Below are positions 40,393 through 50,853 of a stretch of DNA of 64,000 nt, piece by piece. Both the position numbers and the translations under genes were made by a program. Source of the DNA: Bacteroidales bacterium (GTDB taxonomy: Bacteria > Bacteroidota > Bacteroidia > Bacteroidales > UBA3663); the NCBI GenBank assembly GCA_045576355.1, contig JAZNGG010000061.1, forward strand, positions 63,727 through 127,726. The letters are read 5' to 3'. Under the pieces are notes generated by a model. The model was not told the DNA's origin. It was given only the letters and a program-made list of their open reading frames with translations, and searched no databases. Position 1 is the first letter of the stretch. The number at the start of each line of letters is the position of its first letter.

Positions 40393-41046
40393 TTATTGTA
40401 CGCGATAGATATATTTATCAATCTCTTTACCGATAGCAGAAGTTAACCACTTTTCTTTGATGGTTGTATAAGCCTTGAGGGCTGCAGCTTTGTCTCCCAT
40501 CTCTTCGTATGCCAAACCTGCCTTGAAGAGGAAAAGAGGGGACATTCCTTCGTTATTTGCCATTTTTGCAGCATTCATAAAATGCTTTGCAGCGTTGGCA
40601 AAATCTGCGGTTTCTACATAGCAATCTCCCAAAGCACTCTCTACTGCAGGAGCGATAAATGAGTCATTGCCATTATATGATTTCAGATATTTGATAGCAT
40701 CTTCATAATTTTTCAAGTTCTTCTGGCAAAGACCTGCATAAGCTTTAGCAAGTTTACCGGCTTTTGTTGAACCATAGTTGTCAACCACATCTTCAAACAC
40801 AGCAAGAGCCTGTTCATAGTCTTTCTCCTCAAAAAGGAATTCTCCGGCATACATCTCACTTTGAGCTGTTTCATTGTTTGATTGAGAATGACTTGACCAA
40901 AGAGACCAACCTAAAGCAACTAAAACGATTACGATTGCTCCGATAAGGATTCTTTTACGGTTTTCTTGAAGGAATTTTTCTGAGTTTGAAATTGCCTGAT
41001 CTACTTCAGCCACTGTGTCCGGCTGCTGATTAGGATTTTGTGCCAT
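40393..41046 (-). CDS. Membrane-anchored TPR protein
   Basis: N-terminal TM 'ILIGAIVIVLVALGWSLW' followed by TPR-like helices. Co-directional with ribH, separated by 43 nt. Confidence 0.6.
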   Translation of the reverse strand: MAQNPNQQPDTVAEVDQAISNSEKFLQENRKRILIGAIVIVLVALGWSLWSSHSQSNNETAQSEMYAGEFLFEEKDYEQALAVFEDVVDNYGSTKAGKLAKAYAGLCQKNLKNYEDAIKYLKSYNGNDSFIAPAVESALGDCYVETADFANAAKHFMNAAKMANNEGMSPLFLFKAGLAYEEMGDKAAALKAYTTIKEKWLTSAIGKEIDKYIYRVQ

Positions 41047-41168
41047 AATATTTTTTAATGTTTTTAGTTATTTCTTTTGATGTTTTGTTACATGCAAACT
41101 CCATAAATTTTCCTCCCAAAACGGTAAGTTGGGACCCTGAAAAATATGGAATTTCCTAAAATGCGATG

Positions 41169-41176
41169 CAAAAATA
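41169..41176 (-). promoter_or_regulatory. -7 box (TATTTTTG on the minus strand) for the TPR-ribH unit
   Basis: Plus-strand CAAAAATA, ~123 nt upstream of the ATG at 41046. Confidence 0.4.
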
Positions 41177-41261
41177 CTACTTTTATATCAAACTGCAATA
41201 AAAAACTTCTAAAATTTTCGTCTCTTTCTCAGTTATCATGCTTTTTTATGACTTTTTTGTC

Positions 41262-41269
41262 TATCTTTG
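41262..41269 (+). promoter_or_regulatory. -7 box (TATCTTTG) for recF
   Basis: Exact TAnnTTTG, 154 nt upstream of the recF ATG. Confidence 0.45.
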
Positions 41270-41422
41270 CCCCTATTAAGAGCTAAATTAGAATGTGTCG
41301 ATGACATGATCTCAGGACTTATATTTCCTCTTTGTCTTACAATGCTCATTGTTCTTGAGACAGATATGTGCTGGATCAAATTGTGAGGATAAGTTTTTGG
41401 AGAGAGTCAGATTGATTGCCGT

Positions 41423-42535
41423 ATGAAACTTGAACATTTGTCTATTATCAATTATAAGAATATTTCTCAAGCGGAACTTGATTTTTCAAGTAACGTCAAT
41501 TGCTTTGTGGGTAAAAATGGTATGGGTAAAACCAATTTGCTGGATGCCATATACTATTTGTCGTTTTGTAAAAGTGCGACTAATTTGCCTGATTCTTCCA
41601 ATTTGAAGCATGGAGAAGAGTTTTTTATGTTGAATGGACTATATCAATTGGACACTGATAAAGAGCCGGAGACGATTCATTGTGGATATAAGCTTCGATC
41701 GAAAAAGAAATTTAGTCGCAGTGGAAAAGAGTATCGCCGTTTTTCCGAACATATCGGTTTGATTCCTTTAGTCATGTTGACTCCTGCAGATAGTATTCTT
41801 ATTTCCGGTGGGAGTGAAGAGCGGCGTAAATTCATGGACTTGATCATTTCCCAGTTTGATAAGCAATATTTAGATGCGCTCATCAGGTATAACGATGCTC
41901 TTGCTTCACGAAATTGCATGCTCAAACAAGATCCCCCCATTTCAGATCCTTCACTTTGTCGCATTTGGGAGGAGCAGATGGATTTTTATGGGCAGATGAT
42001 CTATAACGCACGCCGTCGATTTGTGATGGAATTCACACCGGTGTTCCAAGAGTTTTATAACTTGATTTCGCTCCATCGGGAGGAAGTTTCCCTCTCATAC
42101 ACATCCCATTTTGATAGAGGTTCGTTGCTCCCCTTGTTAGATGAGACTCGAGAACGGGACATCGCTTTAGGTTATACGACGAGAGGGACTCATAAAGATG
42201 ACCTTGTTATGCAGATCGGAAATAACCTTATCAAGCAGATTGGGAGTCAGGGTCAAAACAAAACTTTTTTAGTGACATTGAAATTGGCTCAGTTTGATTT
42301 TTTGTGTCGCATGGGACGTCCAACTCCTATTTTATTGCTTGACGATATTTTTGATAGATTGGATAGTGATAGAGTAGAACAGATTATAAAGTTGGTGGCA
42401 TCCAATCGCTTTGGCCAGATTTTTATAACCGATACCAATCGCGAGTATCTCGATCGGATTATTGGTGCTTTAACAGATAGTTATAAACTCTATGAGGTCC
42501 GAGAAGGACAATATGAGGTTGTTAAGCAATTATGA
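41423..42535 (+). CDS. recF: DNA replication and repair protein RecF
   Basis: 'YKNISQAELDFSSNVNCFVGKNGMGKTNLLDAIYYL' (Walker A), 'LLLDDIFDRLD' (Walker B). Confidence 0.92.
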   Translation: MKLEHLSIINYKNISQAELDFSSNVNCFVGKNGMGKTNLLDAIYYLSFCKSATNLPDSSNLKHGEEFFMLNGLYQLDTDKEPETIHCGYKLRSKKKFSRSGKEYRRFSEHIGLIPLVMLTPADSILISGGSEERRKFMDLIISQFDKQYLDALIRYNDALASRNCMLKQDPPISDPSLCRIWEEQMDFYGQMIYNARRRFVMEFTPVFQEFYNLISLHREEVSLSYTSHFDRGSLLPLLDETRERDIALGYTTRGTHKDDLVMQIGNNLIKQIGSQGQNKTFLVTLKLAQFDFLCRMGRPTPILLLDDIFDRLDSDRVEQIIKLVASNRFGQIFITDTNREYLDRIIGALTDSYKLYEVREGQYEVVKQL

Positions 42536-42822
42536 AAAGACAACACGAGAAAACCATCGGTGAGATTATCAATCAGTTCCTTAAAGAGACGCAATTAGAA
42601 AATCGTGTTTGGGAGGATCAGATTGCAGAGGTTTGGCAGGAGACCTTGGGCGATGTGATAACTCGAGAGACCGGTAGAATTCATTTGCAAAATGGCTACT
42701 TGTTTGTCAATCTGTTGTCTCCCTCGCTGAAGACTGAACTGATGATGCGCCGTACTGCGATAGCCAAAGCTCTCAATGAAAGATTGGAAGCTGACATCAT
42801 CCATACGGTAGTGATCCGATAA
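42532..42822 (+). CDS. DUF721 (YaaA/Zn-ribbon-less RecF-associated) protein
   Basis: 96 aa, overlaps the recF stop by 4 nt. This position and size are typical of DUF721. Confidence 0.7.
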   Translation: MKRQHEKTIGEIINQFLKETQLENRVWEDQIAEVWQETLGDVITRETGRIHLQNGYLFVNLLSPSLKTELMMRRTAIAKALNERLEADIIHTVVIR

Positions 42823-42830
42823 AAGCCTTT

Positions 42831-43050
42831 GGGGTTAGTAGGCGGTAGTTTAGAGGTTTAAGAGTTTGGAAGTTTAATAGATTAATAGTTTAATCACAGG
42901 TTATTAGTTTATGATTTCAACCCCAAAAAACGAAGAGTACAGATAACAGAGTACAGATAACAGATAACAGAGCAAAGCCATCTGCCATCGCAGGGCGTAG
43001 CCCCTCAACCCCTCAACCCTTCAACTTCTCAACCCTTCAACCAATAAACT
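42831..43050 (+). repeat. Intergenic repeat family, copy A
   Basis: GTTTAR-type 8-nt periodic tract (42845-42900); short tandem AGTACAGATAACAG x2 (about 42935-42970); core GCCATCTGCCATCGCAGGGCGTAGCCCC (42977-43004); then CCTCAAC-type tract to ~43045. Confidence 0.85.
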
Positions 43051-43071
43051 AAATACATATATATTTATATT

Positions 43072-44769
43072 ATGGCAACAGTTGACGACAAAAAAATCAT
43101 CTTCTCGATGGTCGGCCTTAACAAGACCATCAAACAAAACAACAAACAGGTATTAAAAAACATTTATCTGAGTTTTTTCTATGGCGCAAAGATCGGTATT
43201 ATCGGTCTTAATGGCTCCGGAAAGACCACATTGATGAAAATCATTGCCGGACTTGATAACGATTACCAAGGAGAGGTAGTGTTCTCACCCGGTTATACTG
43301 TGGGATATTTGGCACAGGAACCTTATCTTGCTCCCGGTAAAACTGTTAAGGATATCGTGATGGAGGGTGTTCAACCCATAGTTGATGCATTGGCTGAATA
43401 TGAATCAATCAATGAAAAATTCGGTCTCCCGGAGTATTATGAAGATCCGGATAAGATGGATGCATTATTTGCACGTCAGGCTGAATTGCAGGATGTCATT
43501 GATGCCACCGATGCCTGGAACCTCAATAGCAAACTTGAGAGAGCGATGGATGCCCTTCGTTGTCCTCCGGAAGATCAGTTAGTGGATCACCTCTCTGGTG
43601 GTGAGCGTCGCCGAGTGGCTCTCTGTCGGTTGCTTTTGCAAAAACCGGATGTCTTGTTGCTCGATGAACCGACCAACCATTTGGATGCAGAGTCTATAGA
43701 TTGGCTTGAACAACATCTCCAGCAGTATGAAGGTACGGTGATTGCTGTCACTCATGACCGCTACTTCCTGGATAATGTTGCCGGTTGGATTTTGGAATTG
43801 GATCGTGGAGAGGGTATCCCGTGGCAAGGTAATTATTCCTCATGGTTGGATCAGAAGACCCGTCGTATGGCACAGGAAGAAAAGACAGCCAGCAAGCGCA
43901 GGAAAACCCTTGAGCGTGAATTGGAGTGGGTGCGTATGGCTCCCAAGGCTCGTCAGGCTAAAGGTAAAGCCCGTCTGAATTCTTACGATAAGTTACTCAA
44001 TGAGGATGTTAAGGCTAAGGAAGAGAAACTCGAAATCTTCATCCCCAATGGTCCTCGTCTCGGCAACAAGGTAATTGAGGCTAAGGGCGTTGCTAAGGCC
44101 TATGGAGACAAATTGCTCTTTGATGATCTCAACTTTATGTTGCCACCCAACGGCATCGTAGGCGTTATCGGTCCTAATGGAGCCGGTAAAACCACACTTT
44201 TCCGTCTCATCATGGGACTTGAGGGAGCTGATCGAGGTGAGTTCGAAGTCGGAGAAACTGTCAAAGTTGCTTATGTGGATCAGCAGCATAAGGATATAGA
44301 TCCCAATAAGAGTGTCTATGAAGTTGTCAGCGGTGGCAGTGAGTTGATTCGCATCGGTGGTCGTGATGTCAATGCACGAGCCTATTTGTCTCGTTTTAAC
44401 TTCAGTGGTAGTGATCAGGAAAAACTCTGCGGTGTCCTATCCGGAGGAGAACGTAATCGTCTGCATTTGGCTATGGTGCTTAAAGAGGAGGGTAATGTCC
44501 TTTTGCTCGATGAACCGACCAATGATTTGGATGTCAATACTCTTCGCGCTTTAGAAGAGGGTCTTGATGCCTTTGCAGGCTGTGCCGTTGTCATCAGTCA
44601 TGACCGTTGGTTCTTAGATCGTATCTGTACTCACATCCTGGCTTATGAGGGAGACTCTAAGGTGTTCTTCTTTGAGGGATCCTATACCGAATACGAAGAG
44701 AATAAACTCAAACGTCTCGGCCGAGAGGAACCCAAACGTGTGCGTTATCGCAAACTAATGGACGATTAA
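43072..44769 (+). CDS. ettA: ABC-F translational throttle protein EttA
   Basis: Two ABC cassettes ('GLNGSGKTT' / 'GPNGAGKTT', 'LSGGERRRVAL' / 'LSGGERNRLHL'). The N-terminus 'VLKNIYLSFFYGAKIGIIG' closely recalls E. coli EttA. Confidence 0.9.
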   Translation: MATVDDKKIIFSMVGLNKTIKQNNKQVLKNIYLSFFYGAKIGIIGLNGSGKTTLMKIIAGLDNDYQGEVVFSPGYTVGYLAQEPYLAPGKTVKDIVMEGVQPIVDALAEYESINEKFGLPEYYEDPDKMDALFARQAELQDVIDATDAWNLNSKLERAMDALRCPPEDQLVDHLSGGERRRVALCRLLLQKPDVLLLDEPTNHLDAESIDWLEQHLQQYEGTVIAVTHDRYFLDNVAGWILELDRGEGIPWQGNYSSWLDQKTRRMAQEEKTASKRRKTLERELEWVRMAPKARQAKGKARLNSYDKLLNEDVKAKEEKLEIFIPNGPRLGNKVIEAKGVAKAYGDKLLFDDLNFMLPPNGIVGVIGPNGAGKTTLFRLIMGLEGADRGEFEVGETVKVAYVDQQHKDIDPNKSVYEVVSGGSELIRIGGRDVNARAYLSRFNFSGSDQEKLCGVLSGGERNRLHLAMVLKEEGNVLLLDEPTNDLDVNTLRALEEGLDAFAGCAVVISHDRWFLDRICTHILAYEGDSKVFFFEGSYTEYEENKLKRLGREEPKRVRYRKLMDD

Positions 44770-44810
44770 GAGTTTTCCGACGATAGTCGGTAATCGTATA
44801 TTTCTTATAA

Positions 44811-44853
44811 AGAGGCTGTGTCAAAATCTAAATTTTGGCGCAGTCTCTTTTTG
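44811..44853 (+). terminator. Intrinsic terminator 1 after ettA
   Basis: AGAGGCTGTG (44811-44820) pairs with CGCAGTCTCT (44839-44848), 10 bp including 2 G-U, then TTTTTG. Confidence 0.6.
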
Positions 44854-44859
44854 CATGTT

Positions 44860-44888
44860 AGAGGCTGTGAATATTTCAGTCTTTTTTT
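44860..44888 (+). terminator. Intrinsic terminator 2 after ettA
   Basis: AGAGGCTG (44860-44867) pairs with CAGTCTTT (44877-44884), merging into a T7 run. Confidence 0.55.
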
Positions 44889-45057
44889 GCACGAATGTAT
44901 TCTGAAATTTGTGAGAAGACATTCGAAATTATGTTGTAATGGAAATTTGAAAAAAGAGCCTGATTCGGGTAGGAATGAAAATTCGGTGTTAAAGTTATGT
45001 TAGAATTGCTTAACATAATTTTAATCAAAGAAGCGTTCTTCTTATTGAATAAAACGC

Positions 45058-45065
45058 TATTTTTG
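45058..45065 (+). promoter_or_regulatory. -7 box (TATTTTTG) for the RND efflux operon
   Basis: Exact TAnnTTTG, 139 nt upstream of the adaptor gene. Confidence 0.4.
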
Positions 45066-45203
45066 CAGTTAATCTTAGGATCAGTTATCGTAGAGATGGT
45101 ATGTTTCTTTATAAATTGAATCTTGATTCCTAAGGTTTTATGTAAGCGTTTTTCGTCCTGATAAATAAATTTATGTCATATCCTAAAAAATACTGAAAAA
45201 GCA

Positions 45204-46298
45204 ATGAGAGTGTTCCATTATGGGTTAATCCTATTATCTGTGCTGTCTGTCACTTCGTGTAGTAATCCGAAAAACAAAGAGGAGATACAGGTCACCTATC
45301 CTACTATGAAAATTGAATTATCCGAAAAGCGACTCAGTCGTAATTACTCAGCTACGATAACCGGTCGTCAAACGGTGGAAATCAGACCGCAGATAGAGGG
45401 ACAATTGATAGACATTCGTCTTAAAGAGGGTGCATCTGTCAGAAAAGGACAAGTGTTGTTTGAGATTGATACAGCGCAGTTTCATGCCGCCTACGATATC
45501 GCTTTAGCCAATGTTCTTAGTGCCGAAGCTGCAGTCTCTACTGCTGAGCTTGTCCTGGAAAGTAATAAAGAACTATCAGAGGAAGATGTGATCTCAGAGT
45601 TTGAACTCAATACGGCTAAAAACGAATTGACAGAGGCGAAAGCGCGTTTGCAATTGAGCCAAGCCGAATTAAAAAAAGCAGCGACCAATCTCTCTTATAC
45701 ACTTGTCACATCTCCCGTAAATGGTGTGGCGAGTATGATCCCTTATCGTGAAGGAGCATTGGTATCACCCAATATTGCCGAACCCCTGGTGACAGTCAGT
45801 GATGATGAGGAAGTGTTTGCTTATTTCTCTATGGCTGAAAATGAGATGCTTGACATTATCAGTGATTTCGGTTCTGTCCAGAATGCAATAGAGCAGATGT
45901 CAGATGTGGAACTGAAGATGAGTAATGGCAATATGTACGAATTGAAGGGCCGAATTGATGCCATCAGTGGTACGATTAACAAATCGACAGGAGCCGTCAG
46001 TGTGCGAGCTATTTTTCAAAATCCTAACCATATATTGAAAGATGGTGGAACCGGAACACTTATCATCCCGACTTTGATAAAAAATTGTATTGTAATCCCT
46101 CAAAGTGCTACCTATGAGTTGCAGGACAAAGTGTTTGTTTATAAAGTGATTGATGGTAAAACCCAATCTGCTGAAATAAAGATTCTTCCTCAAAATGATG
46201 GTAAAGAGTATGTTGTAACAGAGGGACTTACAGCTGGAGATATTATCATTTCCGAAGGAGCCGGTTTAGTCAAGGAGGGAGTCAAAATAGAAAATTAA
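45204..46298 (+). CDS. Efflux RND periplasmic adaptor (membrane fusion protein)
   Basis: Lipobox 'VTSCS', biotinyl-lipoyl-like 'GQLIDIRLKEGASVRKGQVLFEID', coiled-coil hairpin, beta-barrel. Confidence 0.88.
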   Translation: MRVFHYGLILLSVLSVTSCSNPKNKEEIQVTYPTMKIELSEKRLSRNYSATITGRQTVEIRPQIEGQLIDIRLKEGASVRKGQVLFEIDTAQFHAAYDIALANVLSAEAAVSTAELVLESNKELSEEDVISEFELNTAKNELTEAKARLQLSQAELKKAATNLSYTLVTSPVNGVASMIPYREGALVSPNIAEPLVTVSDDEEVFAYFSMAENEMLDIISDFGSVQNAIEQMSDVELKMSNGNMYELKGRIDAISGTINKSTGAVSVRAIFQNPNHILKDGGTGTLIIPTLIKNCIVIPQSATYELQDKVFVYKVIDGKTQSAEIKILPQNDGKEYVVTEGLTAGDIIISEGAGLVKEGVKIEN

Positions 46299-46312
46299 AA
46301 AGGGGATAAGAG

Positions 46313-49300
46313 ATGAATATCAAAACTTTTATAGATCGTCCGATTTTGTCGGGTGTGATTTCGGTGGCCATCGTTCTTCTCGGTTTAATATGTTTGTTGG
46401 GACTCCCTGTAGAGCAATTTCCGGAGATTGCTCCTCCGACAGTTAGTGTTTCGGCAGCTTATTCCGGAGCCAATGCAGAGACTGTGCAGAAGAGTGTTGT
46501 TGTCCCCATTGAGGAGGCTATCAATGGTGTTGAGAACATGATGTATATGGTCTCTTCTGCCACCAATACGGGCTCTGCCAATATTCAGGTCTATTTCAAA
46601 CAAGGGACGGATGCCGACATGGCTATGGTCAATGTGCAGAATCGCTTAGCCTCAGCACAAGGCCTTTTGCCGGGAGAAGTAACCAAAAGCGGTATAAATG
46701 TCAGAAAAAGACAGACCTCACGAATCAAGACATTGGCTCTGTATAGTCCCGATGGCTCCTTTGATCAAAAGTTCATCACCAACTATATGAAGATAAACAT
46801 CGAACCACGTTTATCCCGTATAGCCGGTGTCGGAGAAGTCGATATCAAAGGGGCAGATTATTCAATGCGAATCTGGTTGGATCCGGGTAAAATGGCACAA
46901 TATAAATTGATGCCTGCCGACATTCGCAATGTCCTTGATCAGCAAAATCTTGAGTCTCCCACCGGAGCACTTGGTGCAGAGACAGATAACACATTCCGTT
47001 ATACATTGAAATATCGAGGAAGATATGAAAATGAGATAGATTTTGAGAATTTGATTATCAGAGCATTGCCTGATGGTTCTGTGCTTAAGTTGAAAGATGT
47101 TGCTCACATAGAGTTGGGCTCTAAAACCTATGAATATTTGGGTACTGTCAATGGGCAACCCGGTACTACTTGTATGATTTCTCAGACCTCAGGCTCTAAT
47201 GCCAATGTGATTATCGAGGCAATAGATGCAGAAGTGGAGCGGATCCGCACCTCTTTGCCTAAAGGCTTGGAGATTGTTGACTTGATGAGTACCAAAGATT
47301 TTTTGGATGCATCTATCAATAATGTTGTAAAGACGTTGTTTGAGGCGATATTGCTTGTGATATTGGTGGTATATGTCTTCCTGCAGAGTTTTAAAGCTAC
47401 CATCATTCCGTCTGTAGCCATCATTGTTTCGTTGGTAGGAACATTTGTGTTTATGCAGATTGCCGGTTTTAGTCTCAATTTGATTACATTGCTTGCACTG
47501 GTTCTCGTTATTGGAACGGTGGTGGATAATGCGATTGTTGTGGTTGAAGCTGTACAAGCTAAATTTGATGACGGTGTGCAGTCTCCCTACGAAGCCACTG
47601 TTGGCGCAATGAAAGGTTTGACACCGGCACTTTTAACCACTACCATTGTCTTTATGGCAGTGTTTATACCTGCAAGTTTTATGGGTGGTACTACGGGTAC
47701 ATTCTATAAACAAGCCGGTTTGACGATGGCTGTGGCCGTCGGTCTTTCTCTTCTTTGTGCCTTGACCCTTAGCCCGGCCATGTGCGCACTTATGATGACC
47801 CCACATCGTATAGATGGAGATAAAATGAGCTTTTCAGCCCGATTCCATCAAGCCTTTGATGCTGCTTTCGGTAGATTGGTAGATAGATATACCGTCGGTT
47901 TGAAATTTGTATTTGCCAGAAAGTGGATTACCCTTTTGCTGATCATCGCCACCGGAGGCGGTCTTTGGATGCTGATGCAGACTACCAAGACAGGCTTGGT
48001 GCCTCAGGAAGATTTAGGGTCTATCAATATCGATGTGCAAGCACCTGCCGGAACAAACCTGCATGAGACATTAAAAATCTTGGAGGAGATAGATCGCATG
48101 ATCAGCGATATCCCTCAACTTGAGAGTCACTCTTGTATTGCCGGTAATGGAATGTTGAGCGGTGTAGGTTCTTCCAATGGTATGTTCACATTGCGTCTTC
48201 GTGATTGGAGTGAACGTGAAAATGATGGTGATGATGTCAATTCGGTTATTGATGAAATATATCGACGGACAGCCAACATTACCGGAGCAAAAATTACGGT
48301 CTTTACCCGAGGTATGATTCCGGGCTATGGAGCGAGTAATGGTTTTGAGATCCATATCCAGGATCAAAAGGGAGGTAAAATAGAAGATTTGAAGACCCTC
48401 ACTCAAAAAATTATTGCAGATTTGGGTACTCGAAAAGAGATAGCCCGGGCTTCGACATCTTTTGATACCAAATATCCTCAGTACCTCGTAGAGGTGGATG
48501 CTGCAACAGCTCTTCGCAATGGCGTTCAGCCGGGCCATGTTTTGGATGTATTGTCCGGATATGTCGGTGGTTCTTATGCTTCAAATATCAATCGTTTCTC
48601 AAAATTATATCGAGTGATGTTACAAGCTTCTCCCGAATTCCGATTAGACACCAAAGCTCTTTCTAATATATATGTGAGGAATGATAAGGGAGAAATGTCT
48701 CCGATCAGTCATTACCTGACACTAACTAAAGTTTATGGTGCACAATCTTTGTCTCGATTCAACCTATTCCCCTCCATTCAGATCAATGGTACTCCCGCCA
48801 CCGGATATAGTTCGGGCGAAGCCATTGAGGCAGTACGTGAAGTCTGCGCAGCCAACCTGCCGGTCGGATATGGTTATGAATTTGGAGGTATGAGCCGCGA
48901 GGAGGCATCTTCAAAGAGTTCTACTGTATTTATTTTTATTGTCTGCTTTGTTTTCATCTATTTGATTCTTTGTGCCTTGTATGAGAGTCTTTTCATTCCG
49001 ATTGCAGTTATGGTTTCTATTCCTTTCGGTCTGTTGGGAAGCTTCCTGTTTGCACGAATGTTCGGTTTGGAAAACAATATTTACTTGCAAATCGGTTTGT
49101 TGATGCTCATTGGATTGATCAGTAAAACGGCCATCTTAATGACAGAATATGCTTCCGAAAGGCGTCGAAATGGAGTCTCGATTTGGGATTCTGCACTTCA
49201 GGCAGCCCGGGCTCGTCTTCGTGCCATCTTGATGACCTCATTGACCATGATTTTTGGCATGTTGCCGATGATGTTCTCCACCGGTGTAGGGGCCAATGGT

Positions 49301-49432
49301 AATATTTCGATCGGAGTAGGAACAGTCGGAGGCATGCTTATTGGTACGATAGCCCTGTTATTTATAGTTCCTGTACTTTTTATTATCTTTCAAACCATAG
49401 AGGAAAAGGTAATGCCTAAACATTCAAAATAG
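46313..49432 (+). CDS. Efflux RND permease (AcrB/MexB family)
   Basis: 'FIDRPILSGVISVAIVLLG', 1039 aa, 12-TM architecture with two large periplasmic loops, 'VVDNAIVVVE'. Confidence 0.93.
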   Translation: MNIKTFIDRPILSGVISVAIVLLGLICLLGLPVEQFPEIAPPTVSVSAAYSGANAETVQKSVVVPIEEAINGVENMMYMVSSATNTGSANIQVYFKQGTDADMAMVNVQNRLASAQGLLPGEVTKSGINVRKRQTSRIKTLALYSPDGSFDQKFITNYMKINIEPRLSRIAGVGEVDIKGADYSMRIWLDPGKMAQYKLMPADIRNVLDQQNLESPTGALGAETDNTFRYTLKYRGRYENEIDFENLIIRALPDGSVLKLKDVAHIELGSKTYEYLGTVNGQPGTTCMISQTSGSNANVIIEAIDAEVERIRTSLPKGLEIVDLMSTKDFLDASINNVVKTLFEAILLVILVVYVFLQSFKATIIPSVAIIVSLVGTFVFMQIAGFSLNLITLLALVLVIGTVVDNAIVVVEAVQAKFDDGVQSPYEATVGAMKGLTPALLTTTIVFMAVFIPASFMGGTTGTFYKQAGLTMAVAVGLSLLCALTLSPAMCALMMTPHRIDGDKMSFSARFHQAFDAAFGRLVDRYTVGLKFVFARKWITLLLIIATGGGLWMLMQTTKTGLVPQEDLGSINIDVQAPAGTNLHETLKILEEIDRMISDIPQLESHSCIAGNGMLSGVGSSNGMFTLRLRDWSERENDGDDVNSVIDEIYRRTANITGAKITVFTRGMIPGYGASNGFEIHIQDQKGGKIEDLKTLTQKIIADLGTRKEIARASTSFDTKYPQYLVEVDAATALRNGVQPGHVLDVLSGYVGGSYASNINRFSKLYRVMLQASPEFRLDTKALSNIYVRNDKGEMSPISHYLTLTKVYGAQSLSRFNLFPSIQINGTPATGYSSGEAIEAVREVCAANLPVGYGYEFGGMSREEASSKSSTVFIFIVCFVFIYLILCALYESLFIPIAVMVSIPFGLLGSFLFARMFGLENNIYLQIGLLMLIGLISKTAILMTEYASERRRNGVSIWDSALQAARARLRAILMTSLTMIFGMLPMMFSTGVGANGNISIGVGTVGGMLIGTIALLFIVPVLFIIFQTIEEKVMPKHSK

Positions 49433-49441
49433 CTTAGAATA

Positions 49442-50794
49442 ATGAAGAAATATCTTATATTTTTATTTTTATGCACTATGGCTTTGATGAGCAGTTGTGG
49501 TTTATACACCCGATATGCAGATCAGCCACTTGGATATGATGCCGGACAGATCGTTGGTCAAGATAGTCTTTCTGCACCATTGGCTACGATGTCCTGGCGA
49601 AAACTATTTGCCGATAGTCTGTTGGTTAACTGGATTGATAGCGGCTTGAAAACCAACACGGATTTGCGTATTGCTCAATTACGCGTAGAGGAGGCTGAGG
49701 CTACTTTAACTGCATCTCGACTTGCATTCTTGCCGGCAGCAAATCTCTTTGGCGAGGGTTCGTTAAGCAATAAGTCCGGAAATAGTTTTGAGATTGGTGC
49801 ATCAGCATCATGGGAATTGGATGTTTTTGGCAAACAACGTAATTTGCATTTGAGTTCTCAAGCCGCATATTATGCTTCTCAGTCCTATTGTCAAGCTGTT
49901 AGAACATCTTTGATTGCAACGATTGCAGAAAGTTACTATACGCTTTTAATGCTGGATGAGCAATTGGAAATCAGTGAACGAACCATAAAGAACTGGAATG
50001 AAAACATTCGAGTTTTGCAAGCATTAAAGCGTGCCGGACGAGCCAATGAGGCCGCTATCCTTCAAGCAAAAGCAAACAAGATGAAAGTGGAAAACTCTGC
50101 GATAACATTAAAAGAACAAATCGATGCTCAGGAAAATGCTGTCAGATCGCTGTTGCTAAATCCTATGGCAGATTTGAGCAGAGGAAAATTGCTTCATCAG
50201 ACATTCCCGGATACGTTATCGCTGGGTATAGCATTGGACTACATTTCCAATCGGCCGGATGTAAGAGAAGCAGAGTATCTCTTGCAAAGTTCTTTTTATG
50301 ATATGAATGTTGCCCGGTCTGCATTCTATCCATCTATTACCCTTTCGGGAAGTGTGGGTTGGGTTACCTCTACCGGAGGTGGGATCGGTAATCCTGCTAC
50401 TTGGCTCAGTAATGCATTGGGCGGTGTTGTTGCTCCTCTCTTTAATCGTGGAACAAATATGAAAAACCTGAAAATAGCTGAATCCGAATATGAGATTCGC
50501 TTTCAGAACTACCAACAGAGATTACTGGATGCCGGTATGGAGGTGAACAATGCTCTTTCCGAATGGCAAAGTGCCAAACAAAGATTAACATTGGATAAAA
50601 AGCAGATTGTCGCCCTCAAAGGAGCTGTGCATAACACAAGATTGTTGATGCGAAACTCTTCGACCAACTATCTTGAAGTGCTTACCGCACAGCAGCGTCT
50701 GCTCGAATCCGAACTGGCAGAGGTGGCCGATAGATATGCCGAAATACGTTCGGTAATCCGATTATTTCATGCTTTGGGAGGAGACTATGAGTAA
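49442..50794 (+). CDS. Efflux outer-membrane factor lipoprotein (TolC/NodT family)
   Basis: Lipobox 'LMSSCG', duplicated alpha/beta TolC repeats, C-terminal 'LFHALGG'. Confidence 0.88.
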   Translation: MKKYLIFLFLCTMALMSSCGLYTRYADQPLGYDAGQIVGQDSLSAPLATMSWRKLFADSLLVNWIDSGLKTNTDLRIAQLRVEEAEATLTASRLAFLPAANLFGEGSLSNKSGNSFEIGASASWELDVFGKQRNLHLSSQAAYYASQSYCQAVRTSLIATIAESYYTLLMLDEQLEISERTIKNWNENIRVLQALKRAGRANEAAILQAKANKMKVENSAITLKEQIDAQENAVRSLLLNPMADLSRGKLLHQTFPDTLSLGIALDYISNRPDVREAEYLLQSSFYDMNVARSAFYPSITLSGSVGWVTSTGGGIGNPATWLSNALGGVVAPLFNRGTNMKNLKIAESEYEIRFQNYQQRLLDAGMEVNNALSEWQSAKQRLTLDKKQIVALKGAVHNTRLLMRNSSTNYLEVLTAQQRLLESELAEVADRYAEIRSVIRLFHALGGDYE

Positions 50795-50845
50795 GGTCTC
50801 AAAAAAAAATGACATTTGGTTAGTCAATGTATCGTTAAAAATATA

Positions 50846-50853
50846 TATCTTTG
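50846..50853 (+). promoter_or_regulatory. -7 box (TATCTTTG) for the receptor-nuclease operon
   Basis: Exact TAnnTTTG, 231 nt upstream of the receptor ATG. Confidence 0.45.

Noticed and set aside
44818-45003. ORF 44818..45003 (61 aa) downstream of ettA, and ORF 39471..39695 (-) next to the tRNA
   Set aside because: The first spans both ettA terminator hairpins. The second spans the tex 3' end, the degenerate repeat and the bidirectional terminator. Neither has a promoter box or a recognisable protein sequence.
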